Shown one piece after another: positions 50,970 through 61,232 of a stretch of DNA of 64,000 nucleotides. Both the position numbers and the translations under genes were made by a program. Under the pieces are notes generated by a model that was not told the origin of the DNA, searched no databases, and saw nothing but the letters and a program-made list of their open reading frames with translations. Each line of letters begins with the position of its first letter. Positions within the stretch are counted from its first letter, which is position 1. Source of the DNA: Pecten maximus (Eukaryota); assembly GCF_902652985.1 (NCBI RefSeq), contig NC_047026.1, positions 19,778,001 through 19,842,000 on the forward strand, in the 5' to 3' direction.

Positions 50970-52941
50970 GTGAGTCACTGGTGAATCAAATTAACCACTT
51001 TAGAAAAATAAAAGTCCTTCAATTCAGCAATGTTTGGGGTCCAATTACTGTCCTGGAGAATCCTGACAATGGCAATGTCCTTTGTCGTCCAAACTAAAAA
51101 ATCACAGGCAGACTTGTTCATGATATGTAGCTGTCCTTGAGGCAGACTTGTTCATGATATGTAGCTGTCCTTGAGGCAGACTTGTTCATGATATGTAGCT
51201 GTCCTTGAACCTGGTCATAGTACTTGTGGTTCTCTTTAAGCCGGTACATTTCCGCCCTCATGTGCTTGGTATTCTGCAATAATTTGCATTGATAATAAAG
51301 AGTAGCTCAACATTTTTGAAATTAAATAAATTTGAAAAACTAGAAGATTAAGCTAACTATATAAGCTAATCCTTGTCCATGTTTAAATTCTCTGGCCTGA
51401 TGCCAGACTTACAAATACAATCAGAACATCCAGGTCTTATGTGTAAAGAGCCTGAGGAACTAATCCAGCTAATAAAGTTCCTTCAATTCCCCTCTCCCAA
51501 TCATTTGCGTACACTTGTAATGATCATTGATACCCATTACAATATATCATCACATCAGTTTGAACCAAGTTTGAATGAAATTGATCTAAGGACTTTTTTG
51601 GGCATAACACAATATAACAATACTTGGTCAGGACCATCACGGGGTCATTTCAGAAGTTTGAAATATGTTTTTTCAAAATGGTGGCCATCTTGGATTTTGA
51701 ACCGACTGAAAAAATAATGATGGATGGGTAAACATTTATACTTTATGTATATCATTATCAATAAATATTCTTTTTTTTTACCTAAATAAAAATCTTTGAT
51801 TGATCCAATGGCTTCTGAGATGGTCATATTCCTGGCACTGAATGGGCACTTAATTTCTAAAATCTCAGGCTTTAACCTCATGCCTTCAAGAATATCTGTC
51901 AGCTCTGCCACCTGATGACAGTAATTATGAGTTGCGGCACGGCGAATTATACCATCTGGGCTTGCTCCCAATACACCGTTTTCATGAAGCCACACTCCTG
52001 CAAACACGTGAATTTACAAATGAATAATGCTATTATTCATAACCATAAGTTATGTGCTTAGAAGAATTTACTATGTTTCGATATTCACCAGTTCTTTGTT
52101 TTACATACCTGTTTCCTCCACAACTGCATCACCGTAGGAACAGTATTTTTCACTGGCAGCAGCTTCACTACTGGTTCCCCACAATATCGCATCCTTTGTG
52201 GCTAGGTTGTATGAAGCAAATATTTTCTTAAATAATGATGGTGGAAATCTTGAAAAAAAATGGTAACAGTGTTTCAACACAATGACACTCTATATGAGCA
52301 ATATCAATTTAAAGAATGTAAACAATTATTTGACAGGTATATTACTATACTTGTACTCTGTTATGGTACATGTCACCAGCCCATGCAACTAAGATATGTA
52401 TTGAATTTGAAATTCATTTAATTTCAGAAGCAAATTACCTTTTCCTTCGAATAGCAGCAAGAACCAGGCCAAAATTTGATGCCGTCAAACGATACTTTCG
52501 AACCAACGCCCATAAATGATTAGTCCTTGTCCAGTGGTCAGTTTTGCAACCTGTAAAAAGTCAGTGTCAAACTGATATTCTATGGATATTTTTCAAGTTT
52601 AAAAACCGTGAAAGATTTCTAATTTCTTTCTTCTAGGGAAAGGGTTCTATAAATATATTGTAGAAAAAATTCACTAGAAACAGTATCAGAAAATATTTTG
52701 TACAGAAGTTTTGTTGGCAGTGATTTCACTTTACTAACTCACTCTTATACATACACTGTATGTATTTCTTGTATATTTATTATATATTTACCTCCTCTAT
52801 CTGCTCCTTTGATACTGTAAGGTTTGTTCTCAGCCGTTGCACTTTATCTGTTGCATTTGTGTAGGCCTCCACTAAAAAAAGGTCTTCTACACAGGGAATG
52901 TCCAGTTTGGGTGTTGGTGGCTCATCAGACACTATCCAGTG
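50970..52941 (-). pseudogene. YqaJ/lambda-exonuclease-like gene of the ISL2EU element (multi-exon, disrupted)
   Basis: W..RKYRLTASNFG; ILWGTSSEAAA; GVWLHENGVLGASPDGII; LEIKCPF; HKYYDQVQGQL..CDFLVWT. 34-bp triplication at 51107-51208. The 5' part is cut off by the Gypsy LTR. Confidence 0.88.
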
Positions 52942-54075
52942 TGTTGTGAAAATAGGTTTGACTGTATTACTTTACCAATGACTTGTTATTGTAACTATGC
53001 AAAACGGTATGTCGTGTCAGTATTTAAACGTTAGTCAATAATGCTTTTATAATACGTTGCAAATTACATACTTTAGAAGTAATATCTTGTAGTTTTGAAT
53101 ATGAGAAACAAACGTGCCATGTTGTTAGAAACTTCTGGATAATGTCATCCGAGTATATATATATCGCTCGCGTTTATGTGTCAAATATTCCCGCAAACTC
53201 TTGTCAGTTTACATTGTGACGTCATACTTCCGGTTAATTTCGGGAGCTATTTTTAGTATTATACGTCATTGGGAATCGCGCTTTTGTAAATAGTCATTAT
53301 TTTAGAAGTGATAAATACTTACATAAGAATGTGTACAGTTGAATTTCTGTATTTTATTTGTTGTTGTTGTTACCATTGTGGCACGTGAATTGTACTATAA
53401 AAACTGGCTGCAACGGGTTTTCAAAGGGCAGAACAGCTGGTAGCGTAAGGGAAGCAACTCGCATAAACAAGGTAACTTTTAGGCATTTTTTGCATAAGTA
53501 CTTCGGTACGATTGTATTTGGTATTGTGAGTTGCTGGTTATTAGAATAAGCGTTAAAGCATTTATTAGGAATTATCAGACATATGATTAGGATCAGTTTA
53601 GCTAGGATAAATGTGTGAAGTACGTAAGGTATAAGCACATATGATGGAAACCTCGGATAGATTTAGGAATAGAAATTAGATAGGATAATCGCGGAGTACG
53701 CAATGTACAAGCGAATTGATATGTATAACTATGAGTGGTTAAGCGTGGAGTACGTAATGTTCCAGCGCATTGTTAGGGATTGATGTAGATTGTAGATTAG
53801 TTAGTTTAGCGCAGAATAAGCTTTATTGCAGTTTATTAGATTTTTCATAGTGGTACGTTTTATAAGTACCGACTAGTTCATATATATTCATTAATAGCTG
53901 TTCTGTTCCGCATTGATGGGTGTGTACTGTGTGAACTGAGAGGATTGTGTAATATTGCCAATTTCATTGTATATATTGAGATTTTGGGATTCGTTCCTAA
54001 ATAAACCAAATCATTTTACGACGTTGTCTATCTTTCCATCCACCTCGCAAAACTACAAAAGTAAAAAACACAACA
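52942..54075 (+). mobile_element. 5' LTR (1134 bp) of a Gypsy retrotransposon
   Basis: TGTTGTG...CACAACA terminal inverted repeat; AATAAA at ~54000; immediately followed by a PBS. Confidence 0.85.
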
Positions 54076-54077
54076 AT

Positions 54078-54090
54078 TGGTGGCAGCGGT
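54078..54090 (+). promoter_or_regulatory. Primer-binding site complementary to the tRNA-Leu 3' end
   Basis: TGGTGGCAGCGGT is the reverse complement of ACCGCTGCCACCA, 2 nt after the LTR. Confidence 0.85.
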
Positions 54091-54198
54091 AAACATTTGT
54101 ATTTTTAATATTTGTTAAATATTTGGTAACGTCTCAAACAGAGGTTGGTGGAAGGATTGATAGTATTTTGATTTGGTGAATAGAATGTAGTATTGAAA

Positions 54199-55874
54199 AT
54201 GCATTTAAGGAATAGACAATTAAGTACACATGAGTTTCCTAGCATGGTCAAAGGTGCTGCTCAGGATCTAGATGTAGGTCAGAATTTTTATACTGATAAT
54301 GATAATTCAAATGTACGCTCTCCGAGTACATGTGAATTGGGGGAGGTACGTCATACTAGTGTTAGCGGAGATTACGTAGATGTGATAAACGAATCTGTAC
54401 ATAATCAAGGACAGTATGATAGTCAGATTTATGGTAATGGTCCGTGTCACGCAGTTTCTATGGAAAGTCCTAGAAATCCCTGTTTCCAAACTCCGAACCA
54501 TAACGGTTCATACGAAAACGGATACGAGAGTTATAATAGCTCTCATTTCCAGTCCCGTCCTTACCCATTTCATGATGCTCGAAAAAACGCAATCGGGAGC
54601 TACAACTCCTATACCCACCCTGAGTCTCAGAACGCATCGAAATACGCATTCGAGGGGTACAACAACTCTTCAAACCAGCGCAAGGATTGGAGCAGACAAA
54701 GTTACCCGATCAGAAGAAATACGTGGGACTTGCAACAGATGTATTACCGGGACGTTCAGACCAATCCGTATCACTATCACAATCGGAATGGGTCTTATCA
54801 CAACATATGGAGCAACGGAGAATCAGAGTCTCAAGCAGTGCAGTTTTCACACAGACCTGTCAATGCAACAGTGCAGCGACAAGAAGACTGTTATGGAACA
54901 GACTTCTTGAAAGAGAACTATCATGCCCCATATCAGTACAGCCAACAAGCACAGAATCCAGATCTACCAGACCATATAAGGCAAGGACCTTCTATGTCGT
55001 CGTCAACCAAGTCAACTGAAGAACCAAGAACAAGGTTACCGGTCTATAATGGCAGGGGAGACTGGAGCTCATTCATTGTACCGTTCCAGTTGGTGTCGGA
55101 GAGATTTGGTTGGGATGTTTACAGACAAAGCGAAGAAATGCTGCTCTGTTTCCGGGACGATGCCCTGACATATGCTACGAAATTGCCATACCACGTCCGG
55201 ACAAATTACAGTTGTTATGCATGAATATGGAGAAGAGATTTGGAGACCACGTCCTACCGGAAACTCACAGAAGAAACCTTTCAAATCTACGGATGTCCGG
55301 AGAGGAGAACTATCAGCGATATTCTTCCAGAGTTGCGGAAATGGTTCGCAAAGCTTATCCAGGTATAAACGAGATCCTGTTTAACAACTTATGTGTGGAA
55401 CATATGCTGAGCGGAATTGCAGACCAGAGCATAGCCTATGATGTTCTTACAAAGCGACCACAGACTCTAGACGAGGCAGTCAACTTGTTAACTTGGCATT
55501 ATTCGTGCAAGAGGGGAATGAAACAGAAGGGAAACACCATACGGAAAATTTCATTTGGAGAGGATACCTGTCAAATAGAAGATGAGTCTGAGAAGGACAT
55601 CAGAAAAATAAATCAACACCGATTTGTAACAGAAGAGAGATTGAATCAATTTGGCAGAGATTTATCAGATCGGATTACTAAAGCGATAATCGACAACCAG
55701 AAACAAACGCAACCTAAGAACAGGCCTCACACTCCAAACAAGCTTCGCCAAGGTAAAACATATGGAGGACAAGTTACGTGTTACGGATGTCAAGAAGAGA
55801 GACATTATAGAAAAGATTGCCCATATGAACGACACGACGAGACTCTTACTAATAAACAAAACAGACCAGACTGA
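54199..55874 (+). pseudogene. gag: Gypsy gag, frameshifted near 55205
   Basis: RLPVYNGRGDWSSF..F..VSERFGW..L.DDAL in one frame; continues as MEKRFG..Y..RVAEMVRKAYP..PQTLDEAV and the zinc knuckle CYGCQEERHYRKDC in another. Confidence 0.85.
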
Positions 55875-57125
55875 ACTCAAGAAAGGCAGTAATACGGTAG
55901 CGGTTGATGTGGATCTTCAGGTTGAGGACAGTGATGTTATCAACATTGCAAGCTTATTCGAAGAACAGGAAGCGGACATTGAAGAAATTCCAGCTTATTT
56001 AGGGCAATTGTCGGGACAGCAGAGGATGGACTAGGAAATCCAAAGGGAACTAGTCAGAACAAAGGAACTAGTATTGGATAGGGTCCGAGCTGTGACAATT
56101 AAGGCGCCTATCTTAGTGGAGGGAAAAACAGTTAAGGCAGTTATAGATACTGGAGCTGAAGTGACTGTTATAAGTGAGCAGATGTTTAATGAAATACCAG
56201 AGGACCAAAGGCCAGTTTTACAAAAATCAAGTTTTGGATTAGTTGTAGCAGAGGCTGGGAAGAAGATGACCACACACGGTACAGCAAATTTAAAGTTACA
56301 GATTGGATCTGAAGATCTTGCATGGGATGTTTACGTAGCGCCGATACGGGATGACCTGTTGCTAGGATGTGATATTATAGACAATATGGATATCACTGTC
56401 AATACAAGAAGAGGTATAGAAGTTGGCGGACAATGGGTAGATTGTGAAGTTTCAAGAGCTCATGAAAACGTTGCGAGGCTGATCGTAAATGAAAAAGTAA
56501 CCATTCCTCCCATGTCTGAAGTCATTATAGCCGGGAGAAGTGAACATCCTGAGTTAATTGATACCAGATACTCTTCAGTAGAACCTGTGGTTGAAGATGG
56601 ACGAAATATTATTATCGCAAGGTCTCTGATAGATCCTTTCCGGGAAACTATACCCGTAAGGTTGGTGAACACAGAAAAGTTTCCGATCAAACTTAGAAAA
56701 AAATACGTTCTGGGAGAGCTGCATCCGGTTCTCTGTGTTGGACGTGTATTGGAGAAGGCGGGAGATCCATGGGACTACGCTTGTCAAGCGGCGTTAAACA
56801 TTGGCCGCTTAAAATCTGAATATAGAAGCAACAACATAGATATATCTAGCGATACGATTGATTCCGTGAAGCCTCCAGAGATACCAATTACCTGGAAAAC
56901 TGCCAGAACAGGACTGACATCGGAGAAAGTGACCGCTTTCCCCGAGGTTCCAGACTATCTTACTGAGCTATTCCAGAGGAGTTGTGAAAATTGTACAGAC
57001 CAGAAACATCGAAAACACTTAGCCGAAGTCCTGTGCAAAAACCAGGAGAGCTTTGCGAAAAACAAACTAGAGTTAGGTACATGTTCTGTCATCAAACATT
57101 CCGTCGATACTGGCACAGCGACACC
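55875..57125 (+). pseudogene. pol: Gypsy pol N-terminus (aspartic protease), in-frame TAG at 56032-56034, truncated by the assembly gap
   Basis: AVIDTGAEVTVIS; LLLGCDII; ELGTCSVIKHSVDTG immediately before where RT would start. Confidence 0.9.
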
Positions 57126-57625
57126 NNNNNNNNNNNNNNNNNNNNNNNNNNNNNNNNNNNNNNNNNNNNNNNNNNNNNNNNNNNNNNNNNNNNNNNNNNN
57201 NNNNNNNNNNNNNNNNNNNNNNNNNNNNNNNNNNNNNNNNNNNNNNNNNNNNNNNNNNNNNNNNNNNNNNNNNNNNNNNNNNNNNNNNNNNNNNNNNNNN
57301 NNNNNNNNNNNNNNNNNNNNNNNNNNNNNNNNNNNNNNNNNNNNNNNNNNNNNNNNNNNNNNNNNNNNNNNNNNNNNNNNNNNNNNNNNNNNNNNNNNNN
57401 NNNNNNNNNNNNNNNNNNNNNNNNNNNNNNNNNNNNNNNNNNNNNNNNNNNNNNNNNNNNNNNNNNNNNNNNNNNNNNNNNNNNNNNNNNNNNNNNNNNN
57501 NNNNNNNNNNNNNNNNNNNNNNNNNNNNNNNNNNNNNNNNNNNNNNNNNNNNNNNNNNNNNNNNNNNNNNNNNNNNNNNNNNNNNNNNNNNNNNNNNNNN
57601 NNNNNNNNNNNNNNNNNNNNNNNNN
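57126..57625. other. Assembly gap (exactly 500 N)
   Basis: Run of N. Confidence 1.
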
Positions 57626-58470
57626 ACCAATTTCCAGCTCAATGGCACCAGTGGAACTGGAGAAGAAGTTTAAAATGTGTTTTTCAAGATGGTGGCCATC
57701 TTGGATTTCTCGCCAACCCGATAAATAACAACACTTGGTAAGGACCATCTCAGGATCATTTCTGGTAAGTTAGAGCTGAATCCCACTGGTGGAATTTGAG
57801 AAGAAGTTTGAAATAGGTGTTGTTCAGGAAAACCACGATTGCGCAATCATGTTACAAAATGGCCGCCATTGCTGCCATTTCAAAGTTTTTACGAGGCCGA
57901 AAAAATAACAACACAATGTTGGCTCGCCTTCCTTGACATCCTCACCCATTTCCAGCGCAATGGCACCAATTGAACTGGAGAAGAAGTTTAAAATGTGTTT
58001 TTCAGATGGCGGCCATGGCGGCCATAGCGGCCATGTTGGATTTCAGATCAATCCAAAAAATAACAACACTTGGTCAGGATCCTCTCAGAAACATTTCAGG
58101 CAAGTTTCAGCTCAATAGAACTGGTGGAACTCGGAGAAGACGTTTAAAATGTGTTTTTCAAGATGGTGGCTATAGTGGCCATCTTGGATTTCAGATCGGC
58201 CCGAAAAATAACAACACTTGGTCAGGATCATATCAGGATCATTTCAGGCAAGTTTCAGCCCTACAGCACAGGTGGAACTTGAGAAGAAGTTTAAAATGTG
58301 TTTTTCAAGATGGTGGCTATGGCGGCCATCTTGGATTTCGGATCGGCCCGAAAAATAACAACACTTGGTGGGGATCATCTCAGGATCATTTCTGGCAAGT
58401 TTCAGCCCAACAGCACTTGTGAAACTTGAGAAGAAGTTTAAAATGTGTTTTTCAAGATGGCGGCTACGGC
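57626..58470 (+). repeat. Satellite-like array of ~147-bp units (probably HINE-internal)
   Basis: Anchor aaaatgtgtttttcaagatgg at 58146, 58293, 58440. A related solo fragment lies at ~51610-51710. Confidence 0.85.
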
Positions 58471-59470
58471 AGTTTTTAAAAAAGCAAATCAACTTTTGAG
58501 ATGATAGAGCATACATAAATTTTTAGATGGACATGTGTGTACCCTTTACTTTAAATGTAAAAACATTGAAATTCAATTACATTACAATAGATAACTAATT
58601 TTACCATCTGCTTCTGTTCTTCTTTCATCTATTCGGAGAACAAATACATGCAACATTTAGCGACATTGGTTATGTAACAAGAATATGTATAGAAAACCAT
58701 ATACTTTCCCACCTAAAGAAAATATTTAGAAATATGCATGTTATAAGTTAATGCAAGCACATAATGCATCAAGCCAATCATATCGACACACTTGAAATCA
58801 TTTTAACACATTGGGAAAAAATACCTGTATTTTTTTCATTTTTGTATAATTTACCTGGTACATACTATGATCAATATTTAAATTACGCCAAAATTGATTT
58901 ATAAACAAGTTAATGTACATGAAGAAAATAACAGACAACTTGAAACGATTTCAATTAATACCAATGCATTGTTTCTTTTAAAATAACAGATTTTCTCTTG
59001 ATTAATGAAAATAGGAAATCATGTTTTACATTGTATGATAATGTTTTGTCCATCGAGCATAAAAGTATTGTAAATTATCAAATTGATACTTAACCACTTA
59101 CCTGCAGTACTATCATTGCTTATGACCGTCTCTATTACAGAACTGTTGTTATCACTGTTGTTTGCCTCACCTTTATTACACAAGAGGACATAAACAATGT
59201 CAATGCCTGTCAACAACAGTCTCGTATAGTTTGTATATATAGATTGTTTGAATTACCTCCCTTTAATTATTTTTTCTAATACATGTATTCATTTCTAAGT
59301 GTTGTGCTTATAATTATCACCCTAGTAGTACATGGGATTTAACTGCTGACTTGTTACATCCTAACTTCAATAGCATTTGTTGAAATGAAATAAAATACAT
59401 ATATATATCAATCATAATAAATGTCTGTTCATATAGTGTGAATAGTTTGAAAGGCATAGTGATATGAAAC

Positions 59471-60079
59471 TGCCCTGCAGGTAGGGTTTGGTTTGGTTTG
59501 GTTTATTTTGTTTAACGTCCTATTAACAGCTAAGGTCATTTAAGGATGGCCTCCCGTGCGTGCGACATGCATGTGTGTGTTGAGTGCGCATGTGTGTTTT
59601 GGTTTGGTTTGGTTTATTTTGTTTAACGTCCTATTAACAGCTAAGGTCATTTAAGGACGGCCTCCCGTGCGTGCGACATGAATGTGTGTGGTGAGTGCGT
59701 ATGGGTGGTTTGGGAGGCTGCGGTATGTTCGTGTGAAGTCTCCTTGTGGTAGGCCGGATCTTTTGCCGATTTAAAGTGCTACCTCACTGAAGCATACTGC
59801 CGAAGACTCCCAGCAGCACACCCCACCCGGTCACATTATACCGACAACGGGCGAATCAGTCGTCCCACTCCAAATATGCTGAGCGATAAGCAGGAGAGGC
59901 AACTACCATTTTTAAAGACTCTGGCATGTCTCGGCCAGGGGACAGAACCCAAAACCATCCTCACAGGGGCGAACGCTCAACTAAAGGCCAAAAGTGAGGC
60001 ATTGTCAAGGGAGACATTAGGAAGAAGAAAGTTGCAATGGGGGCAGCAGGTACAATTCTTACGCCCTACCTGCAGGGCA
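59471..60079 (-). mobile_element. Composite SINE (5' extension, tRNA-like region, Meta-like domain, (ccaaa)n tail, tail duplicated)
   Basis: Head tgccctgcaggtagggcgtaagaattgtacc; tRNA-like tagttgagcgttcgcc...gggttctgtccc; tail ggacgttaaacaaaataaaccaaaccaaa. Confidence 0.7.
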
Positions 60080-60275
60080 ATGAATGTCCCTTGACCATGC
60101 CTCACTTTTGGCCTTTAGTTGAGCGTTCCCAGACTTGTATGATTCATAATAGTTTCCACGATAGTTACTCACTTTTGGCCTTTAGTTGAGCGTTCCCAGA
60201 CTTGTATGATTCATAATAGTTTCCACGATAGTTATATTAAATCAGTGGTTGGTACTGTTAAAACTATGGCCATTC

Positions 60276-60712
60276 TGCCCTGCAGGTAGGGCGTAAGAAT
60301 TGTACCTGCTGCCCCCATTGCATGACCGTAAGAGGCGACTAAATTTGGGATCTTATCTTTTCTTTTCTTTCTTATCAGCTTTCTTCTTCCTAATGTCTCC
60401 CTTGACAATGCCTCACTTTTGGCCTTTAGTTGAGCGTTCGCCCCTGTGAGGATTGGTTTGGTTTGGTTTATTTTGTTTAACGTCCTATTAACAGCTAAGG
60501 TCATTTAAGAACCCAAAACCTTCCTCACAGCGGCGAACGTTCAACTAAAGGCCAAACATGAGGCATTGTCAAGGGAGACATTAGGAAGAAGAAAGTTAGG
60601 AAGAAGAAAGTTGTTCAGAAGGAAGAGAAAAGATAAGATCCCAAATTCAGTCGCCTCTTACGATCATGCAATGGGGGCAGCAGGTACAATTCTTACGCCC
60701 TACCTGCAGGGC
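60276..60712. mobile_element. Palindromic arrangement of two heads of the same SINE (Nin/Deu-like cgtaagaggcgact motif) around a tail fragment
   Basis: 60276-60452 (+) and ~60510-60712 (-) are inverted copies, with the tail at 60455-60508. Confidence 0.7.
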
Positions 60713-61232
60713 AGATTTACAAACACTATTATATCTACAATACACATTATTTATTGTGACTACAAACATTATTATTATCTACAATACACATTATGTCTTG
60801 AAACTACTAACAATATCATGCAATATGTCATATTTACAATATATTATATTGACATGCAGATATTTGTGGTGGAGGATTTTAGACTGCATATTACAATGTA
60901 TCGGATACAAACATGCATGTTTGATTGACATCTAGCTACCCTGCTTGTTAATCCTACCAGTGAACCTGTATCCATGTCGGCACCACCTAGCCTATGCGCA
61001 ATGTCATCCATGTGTTAAAACATGCTTACTGTGCCAGTCTGGTTAACTTTTGCTATTCAACTTTAAACCATGCCCAAACTTCTCAGCTTGTCAACGTGCC
61101 AGCTTTTAACTTCTACTTGCCTGAATCACTGCACTGCATGTTACTCAACATTCTTTAATTGCTTGCTGTTATATCTTCATACCACGGTGAAATAAAATTA
61201 CAAACAGATTGTTTGCTAAAACTGTGCTGTGA

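Larger units (their letters stand above)
45700..52941 (+). mobile_element. Decayed ISL2EU-type DNA transposon (THAP-DDE transposase plus convergent YqaJ exonuclease); boundaries approximate, right part interrupted by Gypsy
   Basis: This gene pair and orientation are characteristic of ISL2EU. TIRs were not identified. Confidence 0.8.

Noticed and set aside
55200-55224. Programmed frameshift within Gypsy gag
   Set aside because: It falls in the middle of the capsid region with no slippery heptamer, and the element also has a stop at 56032. It is more likely a disabling indel or a sequencing error.
56991-57748. Long ORFs containing X runs
   Set aside because: Artefacts of reading through the N gap.
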